Shown: one piece after another, positions 13,801 through 27,479 of the stretch
Layout of the letters: each line of letters begins with the position of its first letter
Numbering within the stretch: position 1 is the first letter of the stretch
Origin: Vicugna vicugna
Taxonomy: Eukaryota
Length of the DNA: 64,000 nucleotides
Assembly: GCA_013265495.1 (NCBI GenBank)
Contig: MU058650.1
Coordinates: forward strand, 1,182,267-1,246,266
Direction: 5' to 3'
The notes under the pieces: generated by a model
Told to the model about the DNA's origin: nothing
Seen by the model: the letters and a program-made list of their open reading frames with translations, nothing else
Databases searched by the model: none
Program-made: the position numbers and the translations under genes

Positions 13801-16800
13801 ATCTTTTAATCACCATAGTGGAAGAAGTTTATCAGAAAAGAAAACAAGAATATTGCTTAACACAGTATGAATAAGGCTAAGTAAGTGTGAATAAGGCTAG
13901 AAGTGTAGAGAGCACCAAACGTAAGAATATAAATTCTGAATTTTTTTCTAGGAAATGCATTTCAAGCGACATGAAGATAAAATGAGATAAAGAAATAGCA
14001 ACATTGCAGGGACAGAAAACCTGAGGTTTCAAGCTGGATTCAGCCTTTTATTTCACGTTGTCTGGCCTTCGGGGTATTCCAGTTACAGCCACTGGTTGTA
14101 AAGCTTAGAAAATAATGTGCTCCTGGTGCAGTGCTTCGCAAAGGCTCTTCTGCAGAACGCTCAGCCCTTGTGATTTTTTTTTTTAAAGGATGGGGTCTGT
14201 AATCCAATAAATTTGGAAATCCCTATATTCCATTTCTCCCTTCGAAATTCACATCAAAGGCTCTAGGAAGTGTCGAGCAAAGAAACATGCTGAACTTTGA
14301 CTAAACTAGCATTTCCAACATTTATTTGAGAGGCTACTCTTAAAATCTGAAAATTGGTGATAATTAGTGTTCCAAGGAGTATAGTTTTGGGGTTAAGCTC
14401 CCTTGATGAGTTGCTCCAGTCACATCCTTTGGGCAGGACCACTAAACTTTTGGAGGTCTGGAGCAAGGGAATGCCTGAAGGCATTAGTTACCCAGCTAGT
14501 TCTCCTAGCAAAGGGCTGTAGGCAGTAACTGCTCTATAAGGGACAGCGTCCTCTGCCCCCCCAAAACTCTGAGGGGGACCTCTAATATCATTAGCCTCCT
14601 GGGCCTCTCCCCAGCTGTCTGCCTGCCTCTTCCTCTTTCCCTCCAGCTCCTGTTCCTCTGTGTATCCTTCTCTTCCCTGTAACTTACCCTTCCGTAGGCT
14701 TCTATTTTTATTTTTCCTTTACCCCTTTCATCTGTCTGTCCCTACTCATAGTTTCCTCCCACCTTCCATCTTTTCCTCTCCTTCCTTTTATTTTAATGTG
14801 TCTTTTATGCTCTCATTTCTTTTGAACTTATTTTTCCTTATTTATCCCTCTGCCTCCCTTATGTCTCCATTATCTCCTTTGCCCCTTCAAAACATCCATA
14901 TGACGTTAATGTTTCAAAGTGGCTTAATTTATGTTCTCCATTCATAATTTTTAAAGTAAACAACATGAACATTTTATATTTCTCCTTAAGACCCCTTTAA
15001 AGACCCCTAAACTAAATAGGCTTTTTATTTTTTAGGGACCCTCACTTGATCCCCATGCTCCTTACTGTGGTTCATGGTCTTCAATACAAAAAGATTTGCT
15101 GATAGTGGATTAGCCGGTTCGTAGCTGCATAGGTAACAGAGCAGAGATTGCCCACAATTAAGTGCCACAATCATTGCAGTTCCAAATTATTAGAAACAAT
15201 AGAAAGCTAGGCTATATTTGTATTGAGTAGTCAGATAATAAAATGACTTAGTTAAAATACTTTGTGTCATAAGTAACAGAAATCTAGTCAAATTAGTGTA
15301 GATATAGGAAATAAATTATAAATGATACAGATCTCATGAGAGACAGAAGCTCGCTGAACATACAGGTGTCTGAAAGTACGGAAACTCTCATAACAAGAGT
15401 TTATGGATTTTCTCTCTAGTTTATTTCCATTCTCCAATGCTGTCGCCCAGCTGTGTCTCAGTCTCTGACCCTTTTCCTCAAATTCTTGAAAGAAAAAAAT
15501 TTCATTAGCTACTTGACCTGCCAGTGAATCAGCTCCCCACCCCCTGAAAGGTTATTAAGATAATATATACATAAGATACAAAGGAATTTTAATACAAATA
15601 TCCCAGGTATGTATTATAGGTCATATAATGCAGATGCATCTGTCAGGGTCTACTTTTTTGGGAAAGAGAAATTCACAGAAGAAAGAAGTGAGCAGTTACC
15701 CCAAAAAGTATCTACTTTATGGTGTTTCAGAGTAAAATAGTATGTAAGAAGGAGCCAGCATGGTTCCTAACAAGTGTAGCAGAATGTGGAAAGAGGACCT
15801 GTGTAGCAGCATGTATCTTTATACGCTAAACGTTATCCTTACTGTCCACTCAGAGCGTTCAGACCATTTTGAGTGACTGCAGTTAAGAAGCTAAACAGTA
15901 GTTTCAAAAATCTGTGATAATTTTTCTTGATTTCTTTTTTCTTCAATGAATCAATTGACTTAGCATGTGTAACCACAACCTCAGTGATATATTGGTATAT
16001 GAAGATGATTATACATTCTAACTATTTAGTAACTGAATATTGTAAACATAGTAAACTAAATACTGTACTCCAAACGTTTGAGGTCCCTAGGCCAGCAGTC
16101 GGCAGAATTGTGAAGTCGATAAAGCTCATTCTTGGGCCTCTAGGGCTTTCCTGCGTTTCTTTCCTTCTGTTTTTGAATAGTAAGACCTTGACCTGTCCTC
16201 GCCTTCTGTTTTCCCTCACATCTCAATTAGAAAGCCATCCCTAGTGGCTTTTTACACCATCTTAGCTTCAGAGAGAAGAAGTAGCTGGCAGATGAAGAGA
16301 CATAAAATTATTAAAACTTTTTTAAAAACTTTGAAAAATTATTAAAACTTAATAAGGGTTCTGCCAGGAGTATTTACATTCTAAAGAGAGGATGACCACC
16401 TAAAGAGGTAATATCTCATCTCGAAGTAACGTTTCCCTGTTGGCAGAGTCGTGGATCTGTGGCTGAAGGATGCTGGAGTTTCTTCTCATCATGCTTCATT
16501 GATGACCGTGTATTCTGACACGTTGGCCCCACATTTAGCTTTCAAAGAAAGGGCTAGGAAAAAAAAAATATTAGAGGTAATGTTGTGAGTACATGGATCA
16601 CTATAGTAAAGTTTTCACATGAAAAATACAAAAATGCTTTGCTCGGTCTGAAAGAAAGAGAGAGAGAAGGAACTTCTAGTCATTGTCCGTCAGTTTGGTT
16701 AGCATAGAAAGATTTCTAAACAACTTACCCTCCATAGCCATGGTACTTTAAAGTTTAAAGAGCAACTTCTGGGAATGGTGTAAGAATATTTACTTTGGTA

Positions 16801-19414
16801 TTTTATGAGCAGGTTACTCTTACCCTAGCTGAGTTAGAGGGCATCTGCATGCTTCCAGTCTGCCCTGTCAAGCAGTGGGAAAGGAAGATGACCACGCAGA
16901 TACTACTGAGGTGCACACACGTGTCCCGGGGAGCATCAGATTTCCTTTAATAAGATACTTTTGTTCTTTCTAAGGCGAAATACCTACAAAGCCTGTACTT
17001 TCTGATATTAATAAATCTGCCTCCAAATGTCAGTAATCTTTAATCACTTCTGATAATATATAATTCCAGGGAGGTTTATTTAAAAATTGCCACTGCACAC
17101 AATCTACCTAGCTTACCATGAATCAGATACTATGATAAACCCCACTGTTTTCTAAAAGGAATCACTTTATGTAATAAAGCACTGTTCTGACCTATATGAG
17201 TTCCAGAAAAAAATGTGAAACAGAGGTCCAGTGTGTTTTAAACATAAAGGTATATTTTTAGTTTAAGCTGGAAAAAAGTTTGAAAATACCGATAGTAATT
17301 CTGTATGTAAGCGTGACTGAGTATATGTTGATGGCTAGCTGGCATATTATTTTAGCTTGGTTTAAAATCTCAGCAGTGTTCTCTTGTTAAATGTTCTGAA
17401 GTTTTTTTCTATTTCCTTCCTATGGTAATGATTCATTTTTAATTTAGGAACACCATACTAAATAAAATTATTTTACTACTGACAGTAAGTCTTTAAGACC
17501 ATCCACTGATGTCAACAGTTAGGCCATAAAGAAGCCACCAAAAATATCTCAAAGCCAAAAAAATATTGAGGTGAGGGAACAGAGACTTCTCTTAAATTTA
17601 TTTCTACTTCACTGGTGTGGCGGGTGCATCAGAAGTCAGCTGAGGAAGGTCTTTATCAAGCCATGCCTCAAAAGTCATCAGTGACTTGTCTTGGCAAAAT
17701 GTTGCCCTTCTCTAACGCTTTTTTTCCCCCCCTGCTTTTGTATAATTGGTCATAATCTCTGTTAAAAATTATCTTCCTCTACTAGGAATGTTAAAAGTGG
17801 TTTTTCTTCTGATTTTTCAGCCTTTCCAAATGTATTTCCTTATCACAGGACTTTGTGTGATATGGCCTGGAATAGACGAGACTGAAGGCAGCCTAAATTA
17901 CAGACTCCTGCCTCAAACACAACAGGGTGGTGTGTGGCCCAGACTGAACCCCCTCCTCTGAGCACAGACCAGGGGCAGAGCTGCAGGGGGCATTTGGGCA
18001 GATACGCAGTGCGTCCTGGCTGTAGGAGAAGGCATATGGAGAAAGGTTACATACAGAGTCTCAAATTCCAGGCATCGCCTATCATTTTTCTTCAGAGCAG
18101 CATTTTTCAAACTGATAGTAATAGGTGTGATCTGAGTAAAGCGTTCCTTGATCCAACAGTTTTGGAAATGCTGTGTTGTTGCAAAATTACTCAGGGCTTT
18201 TAGTATACTAATATCCTAATATACTCTGTAAATGCCCAAGACAGACATGGTGTTTCCAAACCCAGGGTCCTTTTACATAGAAGTATTTTAGGAACCAGTA
18301 GAGAGAGAGATCAGAGCACTTTGGGGGCCAGGACTTCAAAGAAAAAGTATAGACAGTTCCTTAAATTTTAGGAGTATATTTGAGCCCCCCTCACAGTTTC
18401 TCTATATGATTCTCTATGCTTCTTGCTGCTGCTGCTGGACGACTTCATTAGATCTCCCTTTTAAAACACTTGATTATTGTATTTTAGGGCGAGATCTAGT
18501 CAGAGCTGTAAACTCTAGAGAGCCCCTTGATTTTCGTCCCCTCATTCAAAATTAAAAGGTTTCTCTTCTTGCCTGACTTCTAGCCATCTGTCACACTTTT
18601 ACACGGACCGCGTGCTTGTTTCACCCGCAGGATCTTCCACCTAGAACACTAGGAAAACTGGAAGATTGACAAAAGGGCAAACTGATGAAACCTCATAATT
18701 TTAGATTTCTTAGGTGTGAAAGGGCTGCAGAAAGGCAATGGGATTAGGAAAGCAAACGTGAATGAAGCAAATACGAGGTGAAATTTAAGACAGATTCAAT
18801 AGACTAGGTGGACAGACGGAAAAGAGAATTAAAGGTGGAGGAGAGGTGTAATTGTATAAGAGAGAACTATTGGATGCAAGGAAAATTAGTGAGAGATGAA
18901 TTGAAAACGAAATCCAAAAAAGTGAGGGGGGGAAGACACGTGAAAGAAGCCACAGAGATCAGCCACACTGGTCAAAATTTTGGCCATTTTGGTACAACCG
19001 TAGGACTGGGAAGGAACAGACAGATGATCTGATACAACAGTCTCATTTTTAAAATAATAGAACTAGTGTCCAGAGAGGCTTTGACTTGCCCCAGGCCTTG
19101 TAATTTGTTAGTGGGTTTGCCCAGTTCTCTAAACACCTCTGTTCAGTGCTCTTTCTGCTGCACCAGGCCTCCTGGCATGGTGGAAAAGACTTTTATTGGC
19201 ACATTGCATAGTTTCTACCCTGAAAAATATTCTGTTTGCATACAACCCCACCCCCACTGTCATCTCTGTAGACCCAGTTAATTACTATGTCTATTCAAAT
19301 CATTATTTTACTGCTAAATTCAGAAACAAAAGGAGAAATAGCTTTACACAAGAGAAGTGATGCTGAAAACTGGCAGCAGGCACGTGTGTGGCTGCAATGA
19401 CAACACTCCCCTCC

Positions 19415-19508
19415 GGGGGGAAGGGTGGAGCTCAAGTGGTAGAGCGCATGCTCAGCACCCAAGAGGTCAGGGGTTCGATCCCCAATTACCTCCCCTTCAT
19501 GAAGGGAA
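19415..19508 (+). mobile_element. Vic-1-like SINE, internally deleted, tail-less
   Basis: tRNA-Ala-like head with GGTTCGATCC B-box fused directly to ATTACCTCCCC; degenerate 20-bp flanking direct repeat at 19395-19414 and 19509-19528. Confidence 0.75.
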
Positions 19509-19713
19509 CAATGCAAACCCTCCCCTCCATGCAGAACTCAGTGACTACACTGCTACTCTTAGTAACTGGAATGAACCCTGCCCCTGCAGCGGAGGAATTT
19601 ATATGAAGCCTTTTGCCTTGTTAGACAAGGAGAGCTGTTGAATATTAAGTAAAGCTACAAGCAAATACTGGCCCCAGTGTCCTAAAGTTTCAGAAGTATA
19701 CTATGAAGTAGCT

Positions 19714-19899
19714 GGGGGAGGGTATAGCTTAAGTAGTAGAGCGCATGCTTGGCATGCACGAGGTCCTGGGTTCAATCCCCAGTACCTCCTCTAAAAATAA
19801 ATAAGCCTAATTACCATCTCCTACCAAAATTTTCTAAATACTTAAATATTACCAAAAAAATAAATAATACAATAAATAAAAAATAAAATGTTTTAAAAA
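19714..19899 (+). mobile_element. Vic-1-like SINE
   Basis: Full head, long A-rich tail, perfect 16-bp TSD ATACTATGAAGTAGCT (19698-19713 and 19900-19915). Confidence 0.92.
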
Positions 19900-20699
19900 A
19901 TACTATGAAGTAGCTTTCCGTTTTTCCTAGAAAAACTGAAATCAATCAGGGTGATGACTGATGTATGGAAATCTGTGCATTTAATTAGATTAACTGTACA
20001 ACAGGTACTAGGTAGAAAAATAAATGATATAGTCTCACATTCAAGGTCCACGCTGTCTTTATGCAGGGTGGAGTCAGACTACACCACTATAACCAAGAGA
20101 TTGCACCCAAATGGTACCTTAAATAATATAGAACTTTGTTTCTCTCTCCCCTGTGTGAATAGTCCAGGATGAGCAGTTCTGAACTATCTGGGTGGCTTTG
20201 CCTCAGCGTCAGTTTCTAGGGTTCTCCAGTTATGCCATTTCCTAGCAAGCCAGAAGAAAGAGTGAGTCTCAGGCAGATGGCTTCTTCAAGCAAATGAACC
20301 TCAGACTGCGCACAAAACTCATCATGTCCCATTGATCTAAACTTAGTGACATGACCACAACTAACTGCAAGAGGTGCTGGGGAATATAGTCTCTATTTGA
20401 GTTGCTGTATGCAAGCTAAAACTTGTGGAGTTCTGTTACTAAAGACGAGGAGAATAGACCCGGGGGGACATTTAGAGGTGTCTCACAGACTCCTAGAAAA
20501 GAATGTTAAGAATCAAATAATTGTGATAAAGGCTGGTAGGTACTGAAATAAGTTCCAGCTGCAAAACAAAGGGAGGGATTGTCATCCGTGTGTAGGGTGA
20601 GGGCTAGTTTCAGAGGATGTATCTGAAAGCGTGTGGTTCTTGATGCAGGGACATGAAGGATGTGTTGGTAGTTAGGAATAACAATAGGAAACAGTAACC

Positions 20700-22420
20700 A
20701 CAGACAGAGAAGTGGCTTCCAGTGATAATAGCAGATTGAACACCTGTGCCTGTGTTAGCTTTTTTATCCTGAAACTTCGCTAAAGTGACAATAGTTTCAT
20801 GTTTTAACCATAAGTCCTCACAAGGAGAATAGATCAGAAGACCATAGCAACGAAGTTTTGGAAGTAAGAAAGCAGATGGAGGAATGGGAAATGGATTAGC
20901 AGATTAAAGAAAACGAGCTTCTAAGCTGGTGGCGGGAAAAGCTAAAAACCAACCCAGGATATATCATTGAATCCCATAAAGACTCAAGAAATGGTGATGC
21001 CAAATTCTTCTGAAGTGGGAATGCTAAAATCAGGATCCTTGGTTATCAGTCGGTTTAAGAAAGACTGAAGTCTCAAACCCCCTCCAGCACTCTGCACACC
21101 AAGTGACTCCTCTCCCCCAACGTTGGCAAAGAAGCTAGAAATTGATTCTTTGAAAAGAATTAAACATCAAGCCCCTTACTGGAAGCATCAGGCATCATTG
21201 AGTTTGGAGTCCCTTAAAAAAAGAAAAGGCTTTTGGTGAATGTATGCATATTATATGCTTAGACTGTCCAGCCTTCTGGCCCGTGTTAGCTCCCAGAGTG
21301 CTGGCAATCAGACCTTGACTCTTCAAACAAGACATTGGTGAAATCATTTCTAATAAAACTGACCAGGCCAAGAGGAAAGAGTTAAGGTACCAACATTACC
21401 GTTTTCTTAACTAAATGATCGAGCCTGATCATCTTAAAGTGAGACTTTTAGTCTCAATGAAAGATTACAAGAAATACTAAGAAAAATGTAATATGAAACT
21501 TAGAGACCAAAATAAACAGAAACCAAAAGCAATCAGAAAAACAAACTTAATAAGGGAGAAAGGAATATTGAAAAAACCCTATCTTTAATCTTCTCAGAGG
21601 GATAAAAGGAAAATATTGCAGTCGTAAAAGAACAGGAGACTATTTTTTAAAAAAATATTCTGAGAACAACAGAGTTTTTGGAAACACAGTAGGAAAAATA
21701 AAACAATACAAAGTTCAGAAGTGGGGGAGGGTATGGCTCAAGAGGTAGAGTTTATGTTTAGCATACACGAGGTCCTAGGTTCAATCCCCAGTGTCTCCTC
21801 TAAAAATAAATAAATAAGTAAACCTAATTACAACCTCCCCAAATAAATAATAAAGTTGGGGAAATTTCTCCAAAAGTAGGGCAAAAAGACAAAGACATAG
21901 AAAATAGGGGAAAAATTTTTGTTAGAGGACTAGTCCAAAAGTTTCAATAAATAAGCAACAGGCATTCCAGAAAAATGGAACAGAAAAAAAATAGAGGGGA
22001 GAAATCATCAGTGAAGCAATTCAAGAAAATTTTCCAAGATGTAGGGACCTGAGTTTTCAGATTGGAAGGATCCAGCACATAGATGAAAGAAGACACATTC
22101 TAAGAAACATCGTCATGAAATTCTAGAACACTGGGGCCACAGAGAACTTCCTACAAACTTCCAGGGCAAGGGTGGCAGCATGCGTAACAGGTCACATAAA
22201 AAAAAATGAGGAATCAGAGTGACTTCAAACTTCCTGAAAACGACAGCTGAAGTTAGAGGGCAATGGAGGGACTTCAGAATTCTAAAAATTCCACATCTGG
22301 CCAAACTGTCATTCAACTGTGAGTGCAGAATAAATCAAACATGCAAGACTTCAGAACATTATTACCTCATGCATCTCTTTTAGGAAGCTACTTGGGGATG
22401 TGCCCTGCAGACACATGCAT
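20700..22420 (+). mobile_element. Ancient L1M 5'/ORF1 relic
   Basis: A-rich degraded ORF1-like text (GGCATTCCAGAA...AATTCAAGAAAATTTTCC...CAGATTGGAAGG); boundaries approximate. Confidence 0.55.
21723..21853 (+). mobile_element. Vic-1-like SINE
   Basis: GGGGGAGGGTATGGCTCAAG...GGTTCAATCCCCAG...AAACCTAATTAC; nested in an old L1. Confidence 0.87.
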
Positions 22421-23222
22421 GCACTTAAAAGAGTCAACCAGGAATGAAGAACACGTGGGATGTAAGGAACGGGGCTCTGCCTCTGAAGAAAAGCAAAGGA
22501 AGTGCCCAAAGAGACAGTGAAGGGAGATCCTAGGATGGTATCCCTGCCACAGATACCAAGGACAACCAGGCCAGATTGGAGCAGGGCGGAAGATTGTAGG
22601 AGAGACCGCAGGAAGATGAAATTGACAGAAAAGCTAACAGGAATGAACTTTTTAAAAGGAGGCAACTGGCAGAGAGTTTGGGGTTGGATTATTGAGGACT
22701 ACATGGAAAACAGCAAAAAGGAAAAGAAAGGAAGAAAAATATGTGATAGAGACTTAGTGCTCACTCATAGCTGATGCTTCTTTTCTTCTGGACACAGGAG
22801 GAATATATATTTCCCTTCCCTCTTGCATTTAGAGTCACTTACGACTAATTCTGGCCAGTGGATTTGAGCAGACTTCACATGTGGTGGTTTTAAAATACAG
22901 CTCAGATTTTTTTAACATTCTTCCTATCAAGAGGTGGATTGTTTGTTGCTGTAGCATATCCTGGTCTATCTTGACTAATATACAACGTAAGTGGTAAGAG
23001 ATCATAGTTTGTACCAGGGCTTAGCACTAAAAAGTATCTACACAGTCAGAATGACACAAATGCCAAGAAATAATCTTTCTAAAATTATGATAAAGCAATC
23101 CTGGCAAGTTTGGGCAACAGAATCAATAAGGATGTGTGGTAAGTGCATAGGTAACTTTGATGAAAACACAAACTTAGAAAAAGAAAGAAGGAAAAGAACA
23201 GCCTGTTCAAATGACTTGAAAA

Positions 23223-23328
23223 TAGTGCCTGCCTAGCAGGCGTGACATCTGGGCTCAATCCCCAGTACCTCCATTAGAAAAATAATAAATGAACAAACCT
23301 AATTACCTCCCACAAAAAAAGAAAGGCA
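23223..23328 (+). mobile_element. 5'-truncated Vic-1-like SINE
   Basis: B-box and tail present; 14-bp TSD AAATGACTTGAAAA (23209-23222 and 23329-23342). Confidence 0.87.
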
Positions 23329-24413
23329 AAATGACTTGAAAACAAAAGCTACATAATTTCAGATATAAGATGAAGTGAGAAAATGATAAACACCAATAAA
23401 AATTTTAAAATGTGGAGAGATAACAGCACATGAAATGAAGCAATAGTGAGAAAGTTGTATAGAAACAGAAGTCAAAAAAGTGGTGGGAGAATTATAACTC
23501 AAGAAGAAATGTTGTGTGATTAGTTTAGATTACATAATGTACTGTGTTATATGGAAAATAAAATAATCAGGAGAAGCTGGCCATCATCTCTTGTTCTGCA
23601 AAAGGAGGCCAGAAAGTGTGGGAATTAGTGCTGAAATCTTTCACGCACTTTTCTAGTACAACACCAGATAGAAAGCAAATGTCCTTTCAGTATCACCTCA
23701 CAGACAATTAGTGAAGCTAGAACCAGGTCTCATTAATTTCCAAATAAATTATTTGGATTTTCACATAACTGGCTCTGCCTTCCAGAATCCACTGCAAAGT
23801 ATAATTTGAATTACTACCAACGTATATACAGTAGGTGGGTGGTTTCACCCATGTGTGTAGTGTGTGCTGTTACTCAGCACATTTCTCCTCTTTTGACTTC
23901 CTGATTCTCACCAAAAATATCAAAAGGAGGTAAACTTTTTTGTACTTCCTTCTGTTATTCTCCCATTTGCTTAGCATTTGCCTGCTGCCAGGGCATAGTC
24001 TGACAGTCTGAACTTATTAATTCAGTTGTTTATTTATTTACAACTGTTGATGGGCCTCATGGGTGCCCAGTTCTGTCTTAGACGCCAGGGATACAGCGTT
24101 CCAAAAAAAAAAAAAATGGCAAAAATCCTTGCTCTCTTGAAGCTTATCTTCTAATGCGGGAGACAGGCTATAAGCAAATAAGTTGGAAAAACTATACAGG
24201 ATATTAGAGTGATAATTACTACTATCGAGCAAAATAGAGGATAAAACGTAATTGGGACGTGCTAGGGCGGGTGATAAGAAAGCCTATCATAACATGATGA
24301 TCTGTGGTAAAAGAAAAATAAAAGGGGAATTGATTTGCGTATTCAAAGAAAGAATATGGCCTAATATTAGGTCTTGTCAGTATTACATGTAGCCTCCACA
24401 ACCACAGACTTGA

Positions 24414-26225
24414 TTTTTTTTTATTGAGTTATAGTCATTTTACAATGCTGTGTCAATTTCCAGTGCAGAGCACAATTTTTCAGTTGTGCATGAACATATA
24501 TATATTCATTGTCACATTTTTTTTTCGCTGTGAGCTACCATAAGATCTTGTATATATTTCCCTGTGCTACACAGTATAATCTTGTTTTTCTATTCTACAT
24601 TTCAGAATCCCAACCTGTCCCTTCCCAGCCCCCACTCCCTTGGCAACCACAAGTTTGTATTCTATGTCTTTGAGTCTGTTTCTGTTTTGTATTTATGTTC
24701 TTTTTTTTTTTCTTTTTAGATTCCACATATAAGTGATCTCATACGGTATTTTTCTTTCTCTTTCTGGCTTACTTCACTTAGAATGACATTCTCCAGGGAC
24801 ATCCATGTTGCTGGAAATGGTGTTATGTTGTCATTTTTATGGCTGAATAGTATTCCATTGTATAAATATACCACTTCTTCTTTATCCAGTCATCTGTTGA
24901 TGGACATTTAGGCTGTTTCCATGTCTTGGCTATTGTAAGTTTCCATGTCTATTGTAAATAGTGCTGCTATGAACACTGGGGTGCAGGTGTCATCCTGAAG
25001 TAGGGTTCCTTCTGGATATATGCCAAGGAGTGGGATTACTGGGTCACATGGTAAGTCTATTCCTAGTTTTAAATGTATTTATTTATTGTGGGGAAGGTAA
25101 TTAGGTTTGTTTATTTATTTTAATGGAGGTACTGGGAATTGAACCTAGGACCTCGTACATGTTAGGCACACACTCTACCACTGAGCTATACCCTCCCCCT
25201 ATTCCTAGTCTTTTGAGGAATCTCCATACACTTTTCCACAGTGGCTGCACCAACCTGCATTCCCACCAGCAGTGTAGGAGGGTTCCCCTTTCTCCACAGC
25301 CTCTCCAGCAATTTGTCATTTGTGGACTTTTGAATAATGGCCATTCTGGCTGGTGTGAGGTGATAACTCATTGTAGTTTTGATTTGCATTTCTCTAATAA
25401 TTAGTGATATTGAGCATTTTTCATGTGCCTATTGATCATTTGTATTTCTTCCTTGGAGAATTGCTTGTTTAGGTCTTCTGTCCGTTTTTGGATTGGGTTG
25501 TTTGTTTTTTTCTCATTAAGTCATATGCTGCTTCTATATTCTGGAGATCAAGCCTTTGTTGGTTTCATCTTTTGCAAACATTTTCTCCCATTCCATAGGT
25601 TGTCATTTTGTTTTGCTTATGGTTTCCTTTTCTGTGCAGAAGCTTCTAAGTTTCATTAGGTCCCATTTGTTTATTCTTTTATTTCTATTGCATGGGTAGA
25701 CTGCCCTAGGAGAATATTTTTGAGATGTATGTGAGATAATGTTTTGCCTATGTTTTCTTCTAGGAGGTTTATTGTGTCTTGTCTTATGTTTAAGCCTTTG
25801 ATCCATTTTGAGTTGATTTTTGTGTATGGTGTAAGGGAGTGTTCTAGCTTCATTGATTTACATGCTGCTGTCCAGTTTTCCCAACACCATTTGCTGAAGA
25901 GACTATCTTTATTCCACTGTATATTCTTGCCTCCTTTGTCAAAGATTAGTTGACCATAGTTTGTAGGTTCATTTCTGGGCTCTCTATTCTGTTCCATTGG
26001 TCCATATGTCTGTTTTTGTACCAATACCATGCTGTTTTGATTACTTTAGCTCTATAGTATTGTCTGAAGTCTGGGAGAGTTATTCCTCCAGCCTCTTTCT
26101 TTTTCTTCAGTAAATCTTTGGCAATTATAGGTCTTTTGTGGTTCCATATAAATTTTATTATGATTTGTTCTAGTTCTGTGAAATATATCCTGGGTAATTT
26201 GATAGGGATTGCATTAAATCTGTAG
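24414..26225 (-). mobile_element. Young L1 3' fragment (ORF2 C-terminal region + 3'UTR), frameshifted
   Basis: Minus-strand ORFs translate L1 ORF2 motifs ([12 protein letters not shown]...[49 protein letters not shown]); poly-T at left end. Confidence 0.95.
25068..25199 (-). mobile_element. Vic-1-like SINE nested in a young L1
   Basis: Reverse-complement SINE interrupting L1 ORF2; TSD TATTCCTAGT (25058-25067 and 25200-25209). Confidence 0.92.
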
Positions 26226-26939
26226 GTTTTTGATGGAAAGACCTTGGAGTTACACAAAGAAAAAAAATTTTAATGTTTATATGTATGAAGAAAGATATCC
26301 TAAGTTATAAGCCTCGGTTTCAGAAGGCAGGTCAGGGACTGTTAGTGTCAATAATAATAAAAGGAGGGGGAGACTTGTGTTTTAGTGTCTTGAAAGTCCT
26401 AAGGGCCTGGATTACAAGGCAAATAAAGCAGGTAAATAAACCATCAACACGGTGACTATTCCCAGAAGGGCGGTGGGAATCTAATGTCATGGTGAAAAAA
26501 AGCAATGAGAAGGCTAATGCATTCATAGGCTGCTTGCTGCCAACAACCTTTGGCATAAAGCATTTGTCTCTTCTAAGTGCCTATTTGGCAATTGGCAAAG
26601 CCACTAGAAGGGCATTTCCAGAATGGAACATCTGGCTCATTTTACCCAAGTTAAGTCCAAAAGTGCTCTGTATTTTGTTGCTTTTTTAAGATGCCAGTAC
26701 ACATCTTCTAAGGAACATAGTAATAGCGTATAAGATCTCACTCACACTTGATTGCATTGCCCATTTGTTAAGTAATTCTTTGTAAATGTCAGCAAACTCC
26801 AGTGCTTTACATTTCACTCGTCTGCATATTGTTTTGGGAAAAAAATTAAAGAGGAAAACTAAACAGTTTAAAATACTTACATAAACAAGGCTACCATTTT
26901 TTTTCTATTCTGAAGCATATATATATATGAATAAACTTT

Positions 26940-27350
26940 GAGATGAATGGGTAAAGAAAAAGGGGGATATACATACAATTGAATATATTCAGCCATAAAA
27001 AAGAAGGAAATCCTGTCATATGCTGCAACGTGAGTGAATCTTGGGGACATTATGCTAAGTTAAGTAAGCCAGTCACAGAAGGATAAATACTGCATGGCTC
27101 CATTTATATGAGGTGTCTACAGTCATCACACTCACAGAAGCAGAGAGTAGAAGGGTGGTTGCTAGGGGCTGAAGGGGGAGGAGTTGAGGAGTTGCTATTT
27201 AATGGGAGTGGAGTTTCAGTCATGCAGGATGGAGACGTTCCAGAGATCCACTGTGCAACATCGTGCTTAGAGTTAATAATACGCTAACAAAATAATACTC
27301 TAATAATAAAAGTTGCTAAGAAGGTAAATCTCATGTGTTTTTTACCACAA
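26940..27350 (+). mobile_element. Old L1 (L1MA/MB-type) 3' end
   Basis: AGATGAATGGGTAAAGAAAA...ATTCAGCCATAAAAAAGAAGGAAATCCTG...AAGCCAGTCACAGAAGGA motifs. Confidence 0.8.
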
Positions 27351-27479
27351 AGTTTTTTTTAATGGATGAGTTTTGGCTTCATGAAACTACGTTGAAAGTT
27401 ATGAAAGATTTGTGACTTTGTTTTGTATCATTCTTTTCCTGCAGAATACATATAGCCTCATCAATTAGGTCTTGGGTTG

